A stretch of DNA of 6,009 nt. It comes from a virus (Duplodnaviria; Heunggongvirae; Uroviricota; Caudoviricetes). The stretch lies in the IMG/VR virus record IMGVR_UViG_2703718850_000003; one strand, written 5' to 3'. Position numbers and translations under genes: made by a program. Positions 1 to 6,009 of this stretch are shown piece after piece. How positions within the stretch are numbered: position 1 is the stretch's first letter; every line of letters begins with the position of its first letter. The notes under the pieces are model-generated. The model was not told the origin of the DNA. It was given only the letters and a program-made list of their open reading frames with translations, and did no database searches.

Positions 1-873
1 AGCTCGCGATAAAAACTCTTTGTTGAGTTCAGGTATTTTGTCCTGATATTTGACTAACTGGTTAGCAATACCAAAATTTACCCATCCAAGGCCACGACCT
101 CTGAGCATGCTCTGAGTAAGTCCGGTTCCCTCATACTCCTTTGCAAGAGCAGCAACTCTTTCTAACAATACAGGAAGATTTTCTGCTGCCCCTTTTTTAG
201 GATTTATCCCTAATCCAATTAGCCCGTTGTAGGCAGGATGCTGAGTATCATTTTGCGCGGCTGCCAGTGTATTGAGCAAATTACCAACACCGGAAAAATA
301 AGGCGAATAAGTGCTTTCTGCCGCCTTTAACTCTCCTGGAGTTGCCTGCAATTCATCAGCATTTTTCTGTTTCTCTACAACATTACGAGCCATCATGCCA
401 AAGCCAAACGGCCCGGCAACGCCCATAACCGCAAGTTTTGTCCCCCACGATACGGTGGTTTTAAACAGGTTGTTTAATCTCGAAGTGGTCGTCCGTAGCG
501 TAGAATTGATCTGCTTGTAAGTTTTCAGCGTCTGTTTGGCGTTTTTCCCCAGCCCGCTGAGATACTTATCAAACATCGTTTCGCCGCGACCTTTATAGTT
601 GCTCACGAACGAATCCGCTGTTTTTCCGCTACCGACAAAGCGCCCTTTTTCGTCCCTCACTCTCCCGGATACATCCGGTCCTGTCCGACCAGAATTTGCC
701 GCCACGGGCAAACCGGCGCCCCCGCCGCTCCCACTCTGCCCCGGAATTTTCATCGGAGTTCCGGCAGGGCCAATCATCAGACCATTGCGATACTTTTCAA
801 ATATCGCCTCAAGCCGCTTGAGGTGTTCTTCATTAACATCCAGCGTCAGAACTGGCATCTGGTTACCAGCCAT
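1..873 (-). CDS. Probable tail tape measure protein, N-terminal 291 codons; gene continues beyond the window start
   Basis: ATG at 873..871 preceded by AGGAG 7 nt upstream (in 874..890). I checked every codon of this minus frame from 873 to 1 by hand (+ strand triplets from position 1 contain no TTA/CTA/TCA) and found no stop. The start overlaps the upstream chaperone stop as TGATG. The translation begins MAGNQMPVLTLDVNEEHLKRLEAIFEKYRNG, then a Gly-rich stretch and a hydrophobic segment (KLAVMGVAGPFGFGMMA). Position directly after the frameshifted chaperone pair is the canonical place for a tape measure gene. Not in the supplied ORF track because it has no stop within the window. Confidence 0.55.
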   Translation of the reverse strand, partial: MAGNQMPVLTLDVNEEHLKRLEAIFEKYRNGLMIGPAGTPMKIPGQSGSGGGAGLPVAANSGRTGPDVSGRVRDEKGRFVGSGKTADSFVSNYKGRGETMFDKYLSGLGKNAKQTLKTYKQINSTLRTTTSRLNNLFKTTVSWGTKLAVMGVAGPFGFGMMARNVVEKQKNADELQATPGELKAAESTYSPYFSGVGNLLNTLAAAQNDTQHPAYNGLIGLGINPKKGAAENLPVLLERVAALAKEYEGTGLTQSMLRGRGLGWVNFGIANQLVKYQDKIPELNKEFLSRA

Positions 874-1555
874 CACAATACTCCTGCGAGATTTTTGAAT
901 TTGAGCAGCTCACGAAACTGAGCTGCTGTTTTTACATTCAGACCGGAATCTGCACAGATGTCTCTGAATCCGGCTCCGGCTGAGTAGTCGAGGATGTCGC
1001 TGATGACGTGTTCGCCGTCGCGCCAGAACTGGCGGCTGATTTCAATGTCGGCAATGAAGCGATCCATTCCGTAAGATTCAATGACGAGCATTGAGTGCTC
1101 CATATTCCATTGACCACATCCATAGTCCCCTTCGCCTGCTCCGGTGAATTTATCGACGAGACGCATGTAAAAAAAATGAGCTCACCCGCTACTTCGTCCA
1201 AATCAATGATTTCACGCTCCAGCGCCATATCGAGAGGGATTGTGTCGTAGCCTTTGCCCTCCACTGGATAAACAAGGTTTGCCAGGCGAATGACCTCATT
1301 AACCAGTGTATTACGGACCCCTTTATCACCTTCCCAGGCATTAGAATCACGCGAGATCCGCTCCAGCATCAAAAAAGCGATACGTGGCCCCGCAACGACG
1401 CCAAGACCTTCGGAGAAAATGGCAGAAAAGGTTTTACTCAGAATGAAGAAATGCTCTTTAAACACCTCTTTGCTGATCGGCGTGGCATGGATCCAGCCAT
1501 TACCCTTTTCTGTCCGGACAGGAATAATCAGATTCAGATTTCGGGAGATTTTCAT
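873..1555 (-). CDS. Tail assembly chaperone, predicted -1 frameshift fusion product, about 227 aa (zero frame 1555..1169, then -1 frame 1169..876, stop 875..873)
   Basis: The -1 frame (ORF track 873..1166) is closed by TGA at 1184..1182 and opens just 2 codons before the slippery site. It then stays open for 98 codons to a TGA that overlaps the tape measure ATG. Its composition is protein-like (MRLVDKFTGAGEGDYGCGQWNMEHSMLVIESYGMDRF...). The predicted junction is ...GELIFF|YMRLVDK.... The architecture matches the conserved chaperone frameshift seen in lambda G/GT and P2 E/E+E'. Confidence 0.5.
938..1555 (-). CDS. Tail assembly chaperone, unshifted (zero-frame) product, about 205 aa
   Basis: ORF track 938..1567 starts at a GTG, but an ATG at 1555..1553 overlaps the tube stop (TGA 1554..1552) as ATGA and has a GGGA-like motif upstream, so I prefer 1555 as the start. 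It sits between the tube gene and the tape measure gene and contains the slippery run at 1169..1176. The C-terminal roughly 76 aa after the slip site is S/T/A-rich and low-complexity, and may be run-on rather than functional. Confidence 0.55.
   Translation of the reverse strand: MKISRNLNLIIPVRTEKGNGWIHATPISKEVFKEHFFILSKTFSAIFSEGLGVVAGPRIAFLMLERISRDSNAWEGDKGVRNTLVNEVIRLANLVYPVEGKGYDTIPLDMALEREIIDLDEVAGELIFFTCVSSINSPEQAKGTMDVVNGIWSTQCSSLNLTEWIASLPTLKSAASSGATANTSSATSSTTQPEPDSETSVQIPV
1169..1175 (-). other. Candidate -1 programmed ribosomal frameshift slippery heptamer U_UUU_UUU, inside an 8-T homopolymer (1169..1176)
   Basis: The minus-strand coding sequence reads CTC ATT TTT TTT ACA in the zero frame (protein ...GELIFFT...). 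The heptamer T(1175) TTT(1174..1172) TTT(1171..1169) fits the X_XXY_YYZ pattern. After a -1 slip the next codon is TAC(1169..1167), then ATG(1166..1164), continuing the 873..1166 ORF. Confidence 0.5.
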
Positions 1556-1995
1556 ACCAGATCCCACATTTCAGAGTTGATGTAATACGTACCGGTAATG
1601 GTGATGGCTACACCCGGCTCGCCCCCGGCGAAGGTCATATCCTGCACGTTGGTGATCGCCGTGTTATAGATATCGAAGTCACCGAACACCGTGCTGTCGC
1701 TATACACTTTTGCGTCGCCGATCGTGGCGTTCTTTTCCCATTGCGCCTTGAATTGTTTTCCCAGCGCCTGGCTACGCAGCAGATGAACACGCGCCTGTAA
1801 AATCATGTATGGCTGCGGCGACTGCACGGCTCCCGTCATGGCGGGTAAAAACTCCGTAATATTGCCCTGAAAGGACAATTCGACGCCTTCTTTTGCCAGA
1901 AATGAGGCGGACACATTCAGTTCGGAATGAGAGGTGAATTTAACGCTGGCGCGAACCCGGTTAAGGGTGCCAACAGGGATCATTGGATTAGGCAC
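1552..1995 (-). CDS. Probable tail tube protein (147 aa from the GTG start; 143 aa if the ATG at 1983 is used)
   Basis: GTG at 1995..1993 with GAGGGA 7 nt upstream; this RBS overlaps the sheath stop codon (TGAGGGA). Alternative ATG at 1983..1981. Size and position (immediately after the large sheath-like gene, immediately before the chaperone pair) match the sheath-tube-chaperone-tape measure order of contractile tail modules. The stop TGA overlaps the chaperone ATG (ATGA). Confidence 0.55.
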   Translation of the reverse strand: MPNPMIPVGTLNRVRASVKFTSHSELNVSASFLAKEGVELSFQGNITEFLPAMTGAVQSPQPYMILQARVHLLRSQALGKQFKAQWEKNATIGDAKVYSDSTVFGDFDIYNTAITNVQDMTFAGGEPGVAITITGTYYINSEMWDLV

Positions 1996-2006
1996 GGTTC
2001 AGTCCC

Positions 2007-3344
2007 TCACGAAAGCTGCATTGTCACATTGATGTTAAAAATGATTTCGACAAATCCGCGCATCGGCGTATAGGAGGCCGAAAGGCCCGCATAACGCCCG
2101 ATACCGTAATCATTCGGATTCGTGTTGATATACTGGCGGAAAGGCACTGCATCGACGACAGGCTGGCCGTTGACCAGGCCGTAAGATACGCCCGTATTGA
2201 ACACCGCCTGTGCGACCTGCTGTAGACGGTCGATCCCGTCCTGGTTGTAGTAAAGCGGGTTAATTGGGTTATTGCTGCCGTTGATCACCGTGTTGGCGAG
2301 CTGCATATCGACATTAATCTGCACCCAGTCCACGGAATACCAGTACGTCATATCGTTACCGTCACTGGTAACGCCTTTCACCAGAATCGTGTTGGAGATT
2401 CCGCCCTCAGCCCCCGTTTCGACGTAGTTAATATTCTGCTTCGTCATCGTGGCCAGAATGGAATTTTTGCCCTTGTGGGCGTTTACCGCCTGTAGATAGC
2501 GAAATGCCATCGGCGGCACCTTGTTGATTTCTGAAGGTGATGCGGAAACATAGTTCCACATTACGGCTGCTGCCGCGTTTGTCGCCGGGTACGTATCATC
2601 CGCCGTTGCAATAACCGACTTAATACCGGCATAAGGCGAAACGTAATTCGTGTCGTCCGGCGTTTTCGTCAGCACGAAGAAATACTGCATCGCTTCGTTG
2701 GCGGTGTGGAGTTTTGCCAGACTGATAAACTCCGCGTCGCCATCCCACGTCTGCGGTACCAGATAAGCGTAAAAACGCTGGAGCGGATCTTCCATATAAG
2801 ATTTCAGCGCAGCGATTTCCTTACTGACTCCGCCTTTCTGTACTCCCAGCTCCAGCAGGTAAATCCCCACTGAATTTCCCTGGGCAAAAAACGTGTTTAC
2901 TGCCGTCACCAGATTTTCACTGCCAGCAATAGAAAACTGCCCCAGCGTCACTGGAGAACCGGAAAGCTGAGAACCAGTAATAGTCCAGGTCAGTGTTTTT
3001 TCATCCGTGACGGTAGCAGTATATTCGCCATTCCACGCGTCGGGCGAACACCCGGAAACAACAATTTTCACCTCAGAACTGTTTTCGCGTCGGATGTTGC
3101 TCCCTTCCGGAAGCGTCATCGTTACGATGACGCTTGCCGCAGATCTTCCTGCGACAGCTGCCGACAAGGCAACAATCGGATTTTTAACCAGTTCGTTAAT
3201 GTCCTGATTACGGGTGAGTAATACGGGTTTTCCCGGCTCATGAGTCGTGGAACCAAACGAGAGAACCGCAGACATCTGCTGCAAATTCGAGGGAATGGCC
3301 CCGATGGTCTGGGACACATTCACCGTGACGATATTAAATCCCAT
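2007..3344 (-). CDS. Probable contractile tail sheath protein (445 aa)
   Basis: ATG at 3344..3342 with GAGG 7 nt upstream; overlaps the upstream gene stop as TAATG. It is the largest complete ORF in the window and directly precedes the tube-sized gene and the frameshifted chaperone pair. The protein is Gly/Ser/Thr/Asn-rich with many predicted beta-strand-like segments. Family assignment needs an HMM search. Confidence 0.6.
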   Translation of the reverse strand: MGFNIVTVNVSQTIGAIPSNLQQMSAVLSFGSTTHEPGKPVLLTRNQDINELVKNPIVALSAAVAGRSAASVIVTMTLPEGSNIRRENSSEVKIVVSGCSPDAWNGEYTATVTDEKTLTWTITGSQLSGSPVTLGQFSIAGSENLVTAVNTFFAQGNSVGIYLLELGVQKGGVSKEIAALKSYMEDPLQRFYAYLVPQTWDGDAEFISLAKLHTANEAMQYFFVLTKTPDDTNYVSPYAGIKSVIATADDTYPATNAAAAVMWNYVSASPSEINKVPPMAFRYLQAVNAHKGKNSILATMTKQNINYVETGAEGGISNTILVKGVTSDGNDMTYWYSVDWVQINVDMQLANTVINGSNNPINPLYYNQDGIDRLQQVAQAVFNTGVSYGLVNGQPVVDAVPFRQYINTNPNDYGIGRYAGLSASYTPMRGFVEIIFNINVTMQLS

Positions 3345-4288
3345 TATTTAACCTCATATTTACAAATAACTTTTTCAATCAACTGCCGGGATATTTCCCG
3401 GGCGGTGCTCTGGTAGTAATTCACGTCAAAATCGACAATCTTTTTCTTCGCCAGAGCGTTGATTTCAACCTGTCCCGACTTTGCGTCCTGAACCACCGGA
3501 ATATTGGTTACACCAAACTTTTCCTCCTCCAGCGCCCTGTTCACCACCGAGTCGACAAGATCCAGCGCCATTTTGTTGCTGAATCCGTAAAGCGTCAGGC
3601 GAACCGAATCCTGGACTAGCTGGAACCGCTCACCTCCGAAAACAACGGGAGCCACCTGCAACGGAATACTGTTGCGAACATCCACCGCGATATACGGAGG
3701 GCGAAGGTTCTGCGGTACCAGGTAAGACGGATACACGGTCGCGGCATCTTTCATTTGCAGCCAGATCGGGATGCTGTTGGAGATGATCTGCTCGTCGCTG
3801 ATATCCTCCTCGCAGTCGATAATCTGGGAACGCATGGTTGGTAAAATCGCCATGCCGCGATAATGAAAAATACCCGACTGCTGATAACGGCTCTCCATTC
3901 GTGAAAAAGCGAACTGGACGCCTCCGTACTCACCGAGATAGATCGCATCGGGATTTTCCACATTAAAATCATCAACCTGCTGAACAGGCGTGAAAATAAT
4001 ATTGTTCACATCCTTCGAGACAGACTCGTCCTGAATCGCAATAACCTGACGATGCAGGCTGCCTTTGATTTTCAGACGAGTTGGTGACTCAATATTCAGG
4101 CGACACAGTTCATCGCAACTGATGATTTCCGCATTAACCCAATAGACAAAGCCATCCAGCGGCAGAACCTGCCGGACATAGAGCCTGAACGTGATTTCCT
4201 GGTCTGACGAGATGGTTTCAACTGCGGATTTAAGAACGGACGAGAGCTGCGAACTGTGCTGTTCGGCTAATTCCTCAAGACTCGGCAT
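3344..4288 (-). CDS. Hypothetical phage structural protein (314 aa); candidate neck, tail terminator or sheath-associated protein
   Basis: Long ORF with ATG at 4288..4286 and stop TAA at 3346..3344 overlapping the sheath start. Co-directional and coupled with flanking structural genes. No recognisable motif by eye. Confidence 0.7.
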   Translation of the reverse strand: MPSLEELAEQHSSQLSSVLKSAVETISSDQEITFRLYVRQVLPLDGFVYWVNAEIISCDELCRLNIESPTRLKIKGSLHRQVIAIQDESVSKDVNNIIFTPVQQVDDFNVENPDAIYLGEYGGVQFAFSRMESRYQQSGIFHYRGMAILPTMRSQIIDCEEDISDEQIISNSIPIWLQMKDAATVYPSYLVPQNLRPPYIAVDVRNSIPLQVAPVVFGGERFQLVQDSVRLTLYGFSNKMALDLVDSVVNRALEEEKFGVTNIPVVQDAKSGQVEINALAKKKIVDFDVNYYQSTAREISRQLIEKVICKYEVK

Positions 4289-4730
4289 TATTATCTATCC
4301 ACGCTATAAAGCTGCCCTTAAACAGGCCGCCGTCTATGAATGACGGACGCCGCTCTCCGGTATATTTGTCCTTAAGCCTGGAGTTAACGCCCAGTAGCGC
4401 GGCCTGAGTTGGCACAGGGTTTCCGTTAATCGTCATCCCGGCCATTTCTTCAGTTTCAAGAAAAATATGGAAAATCTTCCCGGTCCCTTCCAGAAAATGC
4501 TCGCCAGGTAGCGGAGCCTTATACTTGAAGTGATTGACCAACTGGTACGCCAGTTCAGTACCTGCCTCCTGGATAATCTCGTCCTTATGCATTTCCCAGA
4601 AGTGCGTAAAAATTTCGTATCGCTCCTCGAGGTCACAGGCTACGTCAAACGTGGTTTTTCCCGGTTCGTCGCCGTAGTCATACGGCTGGTCGATAACCCC
4701 AAAACAAAGTTTCATGGCGTGTAACCCCAT
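4275..4730 (-). CDS. Hypothetical phage head-tail joining or tail completion protein (151 aa; 146 aa if the start is the ATG at 4715)
   Basis: ORF track start ATG 4730. An in-frame ATG at 4715..4713 overlaps the upstream gene stop (TGA 4714..4712) as ATGA and may be the true start. Stop TGA at 4277..4275 lies 14 nt inside the downstream gene. Confidence 0.7.
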   Translation of the reverse strand: MGLHAMKLCFGVIDQPYDYGDEPGKTTFDVACDLEERYEIFTHFWEMHKDEIIQEAGTELAYQLVNHFKYKAPLPGEHFLEGTGKIFHIFLETEEMAGMTINGNPVPTQAALLGVNSRLKDKYTGERRPSFIDGGLFKGSFIAWIDNNAES

Positions 4731-5152
4731 ACCGTGCCCATCTGCATCAGCACCGCAACAACCTGTCGTCCATACGGATCCTGTAACATCTGTAAATCCA
4801 GCAAAGACAGATTACTCAGCGCATCGCTGATGGTGATCGAACCCGATGTCCCCTGGTCTGCTGCCGCACTGACAAGCCCGGTAGCCAGTTTCCCAAGGTT
4901 GAGTTTTTTTCTCAGGTCGGCAAACCACGAGCCGGGAGCGAAATTCAGGAGAAATGAGGCAGCAGCGTTATAAACCGTTCGCACATAGATGATGGGTAAA
5001 CGCTCCAGCCCCTGATCATGAGGGATTAGCTCTATCGCAGACTGAAAGCAACATTCCAGCGTCGGATCATCGTCAGCAATAGCGTGAACCGGTACTTTCA
5101 TGTCGTCACGAACAAAGCGAATAAATCCCTCCAGTGACGGACGCAAGGTCAT
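4712..5152 (-). CDS. Hypothetical phage head-tail joining protein (146 aa)
   Basis: ATG at 5152..5150 overlaps the upstream stop (TAA 5154..5152) as TAATG. Same strand and coupled to neighbours. Position between capsid and sheath suggests a connector, head completion or neck role, but this is positional inference only. Confidence 0.7.
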   Translation of the reverse strand: MTLRPSLEGFIRFVRDDMKVPVHAIADDDPTLECCFQSAIELIPHDQGLERLPIIYVRTVYNAAASFLLNFAPGSWFADLRKKLNLGKLATGLVSAAADQGTSGSITISDALSNLSLLDLQMLQDPYGRQVVAVLMQMGTVWGYTP

Positions 5153-5622
5153 TATTTTTTAACCTTAATATTTCGCTTTGTGCTGGGCGGATTTTCCTGT
5201 TCAGTGTTAATCGCTTCCCCGGTGATTTCCATTTCAATACCACCCGGTTGAGGTTTTTCGCCACTCTGAATCACTGCCTGATCCACTGCGTTATTCAGCG
5301 ATACAGCGCTGGCTGCGAGAATTTCTTCTGACAGGGATTCCAGATTTTCCGTTTTCTGCTCCGCGCAATCCTCAATGCGACCGACGCTCACAGGTTTATC
5401 GATGGAATAGCAGATACCGGAAAAATTCTTGTCAACCTTGTCACAACGCTGGAATCCGTAAGGCTCATGCTGTCGGATGATGTGGTCGATAATATCGGAC
5501 TGATTTTCGATCATATGCTGACGTCCGGACGGAATTGTCACACCGAACGACTGCGTTTTTTCGGGGAGTTTGTAGTTGAACGTGTGCGGCTGACGTGAGC
5601 AGTTAGCGATGTAGAGCTTCAT
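5152..5622 (-). CDS. Hypothetical phage protein (156 aa from the ATG at 5622; ORF track gives 161 aa from a TTG at 5637) with an acidic C-terminal half and a basic C-terminus (KRNIKVKK)
   Basis: First gene after the terminator hairpin. ATG at 5622..5620 with a GGGA-like motif about 9 nt upstream. The TTG start used by the ORF track would lie inside the terminator U-tract, so I prefer the ATG. Confidence 0.65.
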   Translation of the reverse strand: MKLYIANCSRQPHTFNYKLPEKTQSFGVTIPSGRQHMIENQSDIIDHIIRQHEPYGFQRCDKVDKNFSGICYSIDKPVSVGRIEDCAEQKTENLESLSEEILAASAVSLNNAVDQAVIQSGEKPQPGGIEMEITGEAINTEQENPPSTKRNIKVKK

Positions 5623-5635
5623 AAATTTTTCCCAC

Positions 5636-5660
5636 AAAAAAGGGGAGCATTTAGCTCCCC
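5636..5660 (-). terminator. Rho-independent (intrinsic) terminator-like hairpin on the - strand, between the capsid gene and the downstream structural genes
   Basis: Minus-strand RNA reads GGGGAGC-UAAAU-GCUCCCC followed by UUUUUU: a perfect 7-bp GC-rich stem (5660..5654 pairing with 5648..5642), a 5-nt loop (5653..5649) and a U6 tract (5641..5636). It lies 20 nt after the capsid stop. Confidence 0.7.
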
Positions 5661-5679
5661 GCGTTATCAGGTTGAACGT

Positions 5680-6009
5680 TTATGCGTATTTGGCAGACAA
5701 CAGGGTGATCCCCTCAGGGCGGAAGTTCCAGCCCGGCGTCGCGCGCATGGTATACAACGTGGTCAGGCCACCATCCGGCATAGGGGATGGTATTTCCGTC
5801 GGCGCTGCCATATCACAGAACATCACGTTGACGGCCTGCTGGTTAGGAACCAGCGTGGAGAAAATATTGGTGTTAATGGTATGACGCGCTTCCGGAACCT
5901 CAATCGTCGGGTTCGTAACGATGATCAGGTCATTACCACCAGCGCCTTTACCGATCAGCGTGTCGTCCTGGCAGAAAATGATGTCGTCGCCTGTCGCCTT
6001 ATCGGCGAC
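5680..6009 (-). CDS. Probable major capsid protein, C-terminal 109 codons; gene starts beyond the window end
   Basis: Minus frame open from 6009 to stop TAA at 5682..5680, by my hand translation (...IIFCQDDTLIGKGAGGNDLIIVTNPTIEVPEARHTINTNIF...RATPGWNFRPEGITLLSAKYA*). The capsid call is positional: it is followed by a strong terminator and then the head-tail and tail genes, a typical late-operon arrangement. Not in the ORF track because it has no start within the window. Confidence 0.45.
   Translation of the reverse strand, partial: VADKATGDDIIFCQDDTLIGKGAGGNDLIIVTNPTIEVPEARHTINTNIFSTLVPNQQAVNVMFCDMAAPTEIPSPMPDGGLTTLYTMRATPGWNFRPEGITLLSAKYA

Noticed and set aside
599-898. + strand ORFs 311..520 (69 aa) and 599..898 (99 aa; Pro/Gly/Ala-rich)
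   Set aside because: Both lie entirely antisense to the long open tape measure frame, which has a strong RBS and a coupled start. Their composition is typical of antisense translation of a Gly-rich coding region, and there are no convincing RBS signals.
1290-1580. + strand ORF of 96 aa (basic, Ser/Arg-rich) antisense to the chaperone gene
   Set aside because: It is antisense within a coherent minus-strand operon, has no obvious RBS and a low-complexity basic composition. Most likely a spurious shadow ORF.
3007-3319. Small ORFs nested in or antisense to the sheath gene (3007..3207 +, 3122..3319 -)
   Set aside because: Both are fully contained within the 445-aa ORF in other frames or on the other strand. 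There is no independent support.
3751-3975. 74-aa - strand ORF nested in another frame of the 314-aa gene
   Set aside because: It is an out-of-frame overlap inside a longer, better-supported ORF, with arginine/serine-rich shadow-frame composition.
4904-4910. A7 run on the coding (-) strand forming an in-frame A_AAA_AAA slippery-like heptamer inside the 146-aa gene (encodes ...RKKL...)
   Set aside because: The -1 frame after this site hits a stop (TAA at 4814..4812) about 32 codons downstream and does not connect to the next gene. It is most likely just a Lys-Lys codon pair, not a recoding site.
4433-5331. Short ORFs 4433..4636 (-), 4530..4724 (+), 4734..4973 (+), 5134..5331 (+)
   Set aside because: All overlap the contiguous minus-strand genes in alternative frames or antisense. 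None has a plausible RBS or intergenic space of its own.
5672-5884. + strand ORF of 70 aa antisense to the capsid gene 3' end
   Set aside because: It lies antisense to a cleanly open capsid reading frame and starts within the terminator-proximal region. Likely spurious.
5936-5943. Chi octamer 5'-GCTGGTGG-3' on the - strand inside the capsid gene
   Set aside because: It is a real motif match, but a single Chi in 6 kb is about the background frequency for enterobacterial-type DNA, so it is not evidence of a special feature here.
1-6009. Possibility that the region is a tailocin or other phage-tail-like particle, or carries a defence or accessory cargo gene
   Set aside because: A capsid-like gene with a terminator directly precedes the head-tail and tail genes, and gene junctions overlap throughout, leaving no intergenic space for inserted cargo. 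Nothing in the sequence supports a non-phage system.

Overview
The window is a densely packed, single-strand (all genes on the - strand) late morphogenesis operon of a contractile-tailed phage or prophage. Reading in the direction of transcription (high to low coordinates): the 3' end of a probable major capsid gene (6009..5680), a strong intrinsic terminator-like hairpin (5660..5636), four small-to-medium structural genes of unknown function (156, 146, 151 and 314 aa), a probable tail sheath (445 aa), a probable tail tube (147 aa), a tail assembly chaperone pair joined by a U-UUU-UUU slippery site, and the 5' end of a probable tape measure gene (873..1, running off the window). Almost every gene junction overlaps (ATGA, TAATG, TGATG), indicating translational coupling. 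Functional calls rest on gene order, sizes and the frameshift architecture, not on homology searches, which I cannot run. I found no tRNA, rRNA, CRISPR array, IS element or non-phage cargo. The most notable local feature is the candidate programmed -1 frameshift at 1169..1175. No evidence of a novel defence or accessory system is visible; the coding density leaves essentially no room for one.
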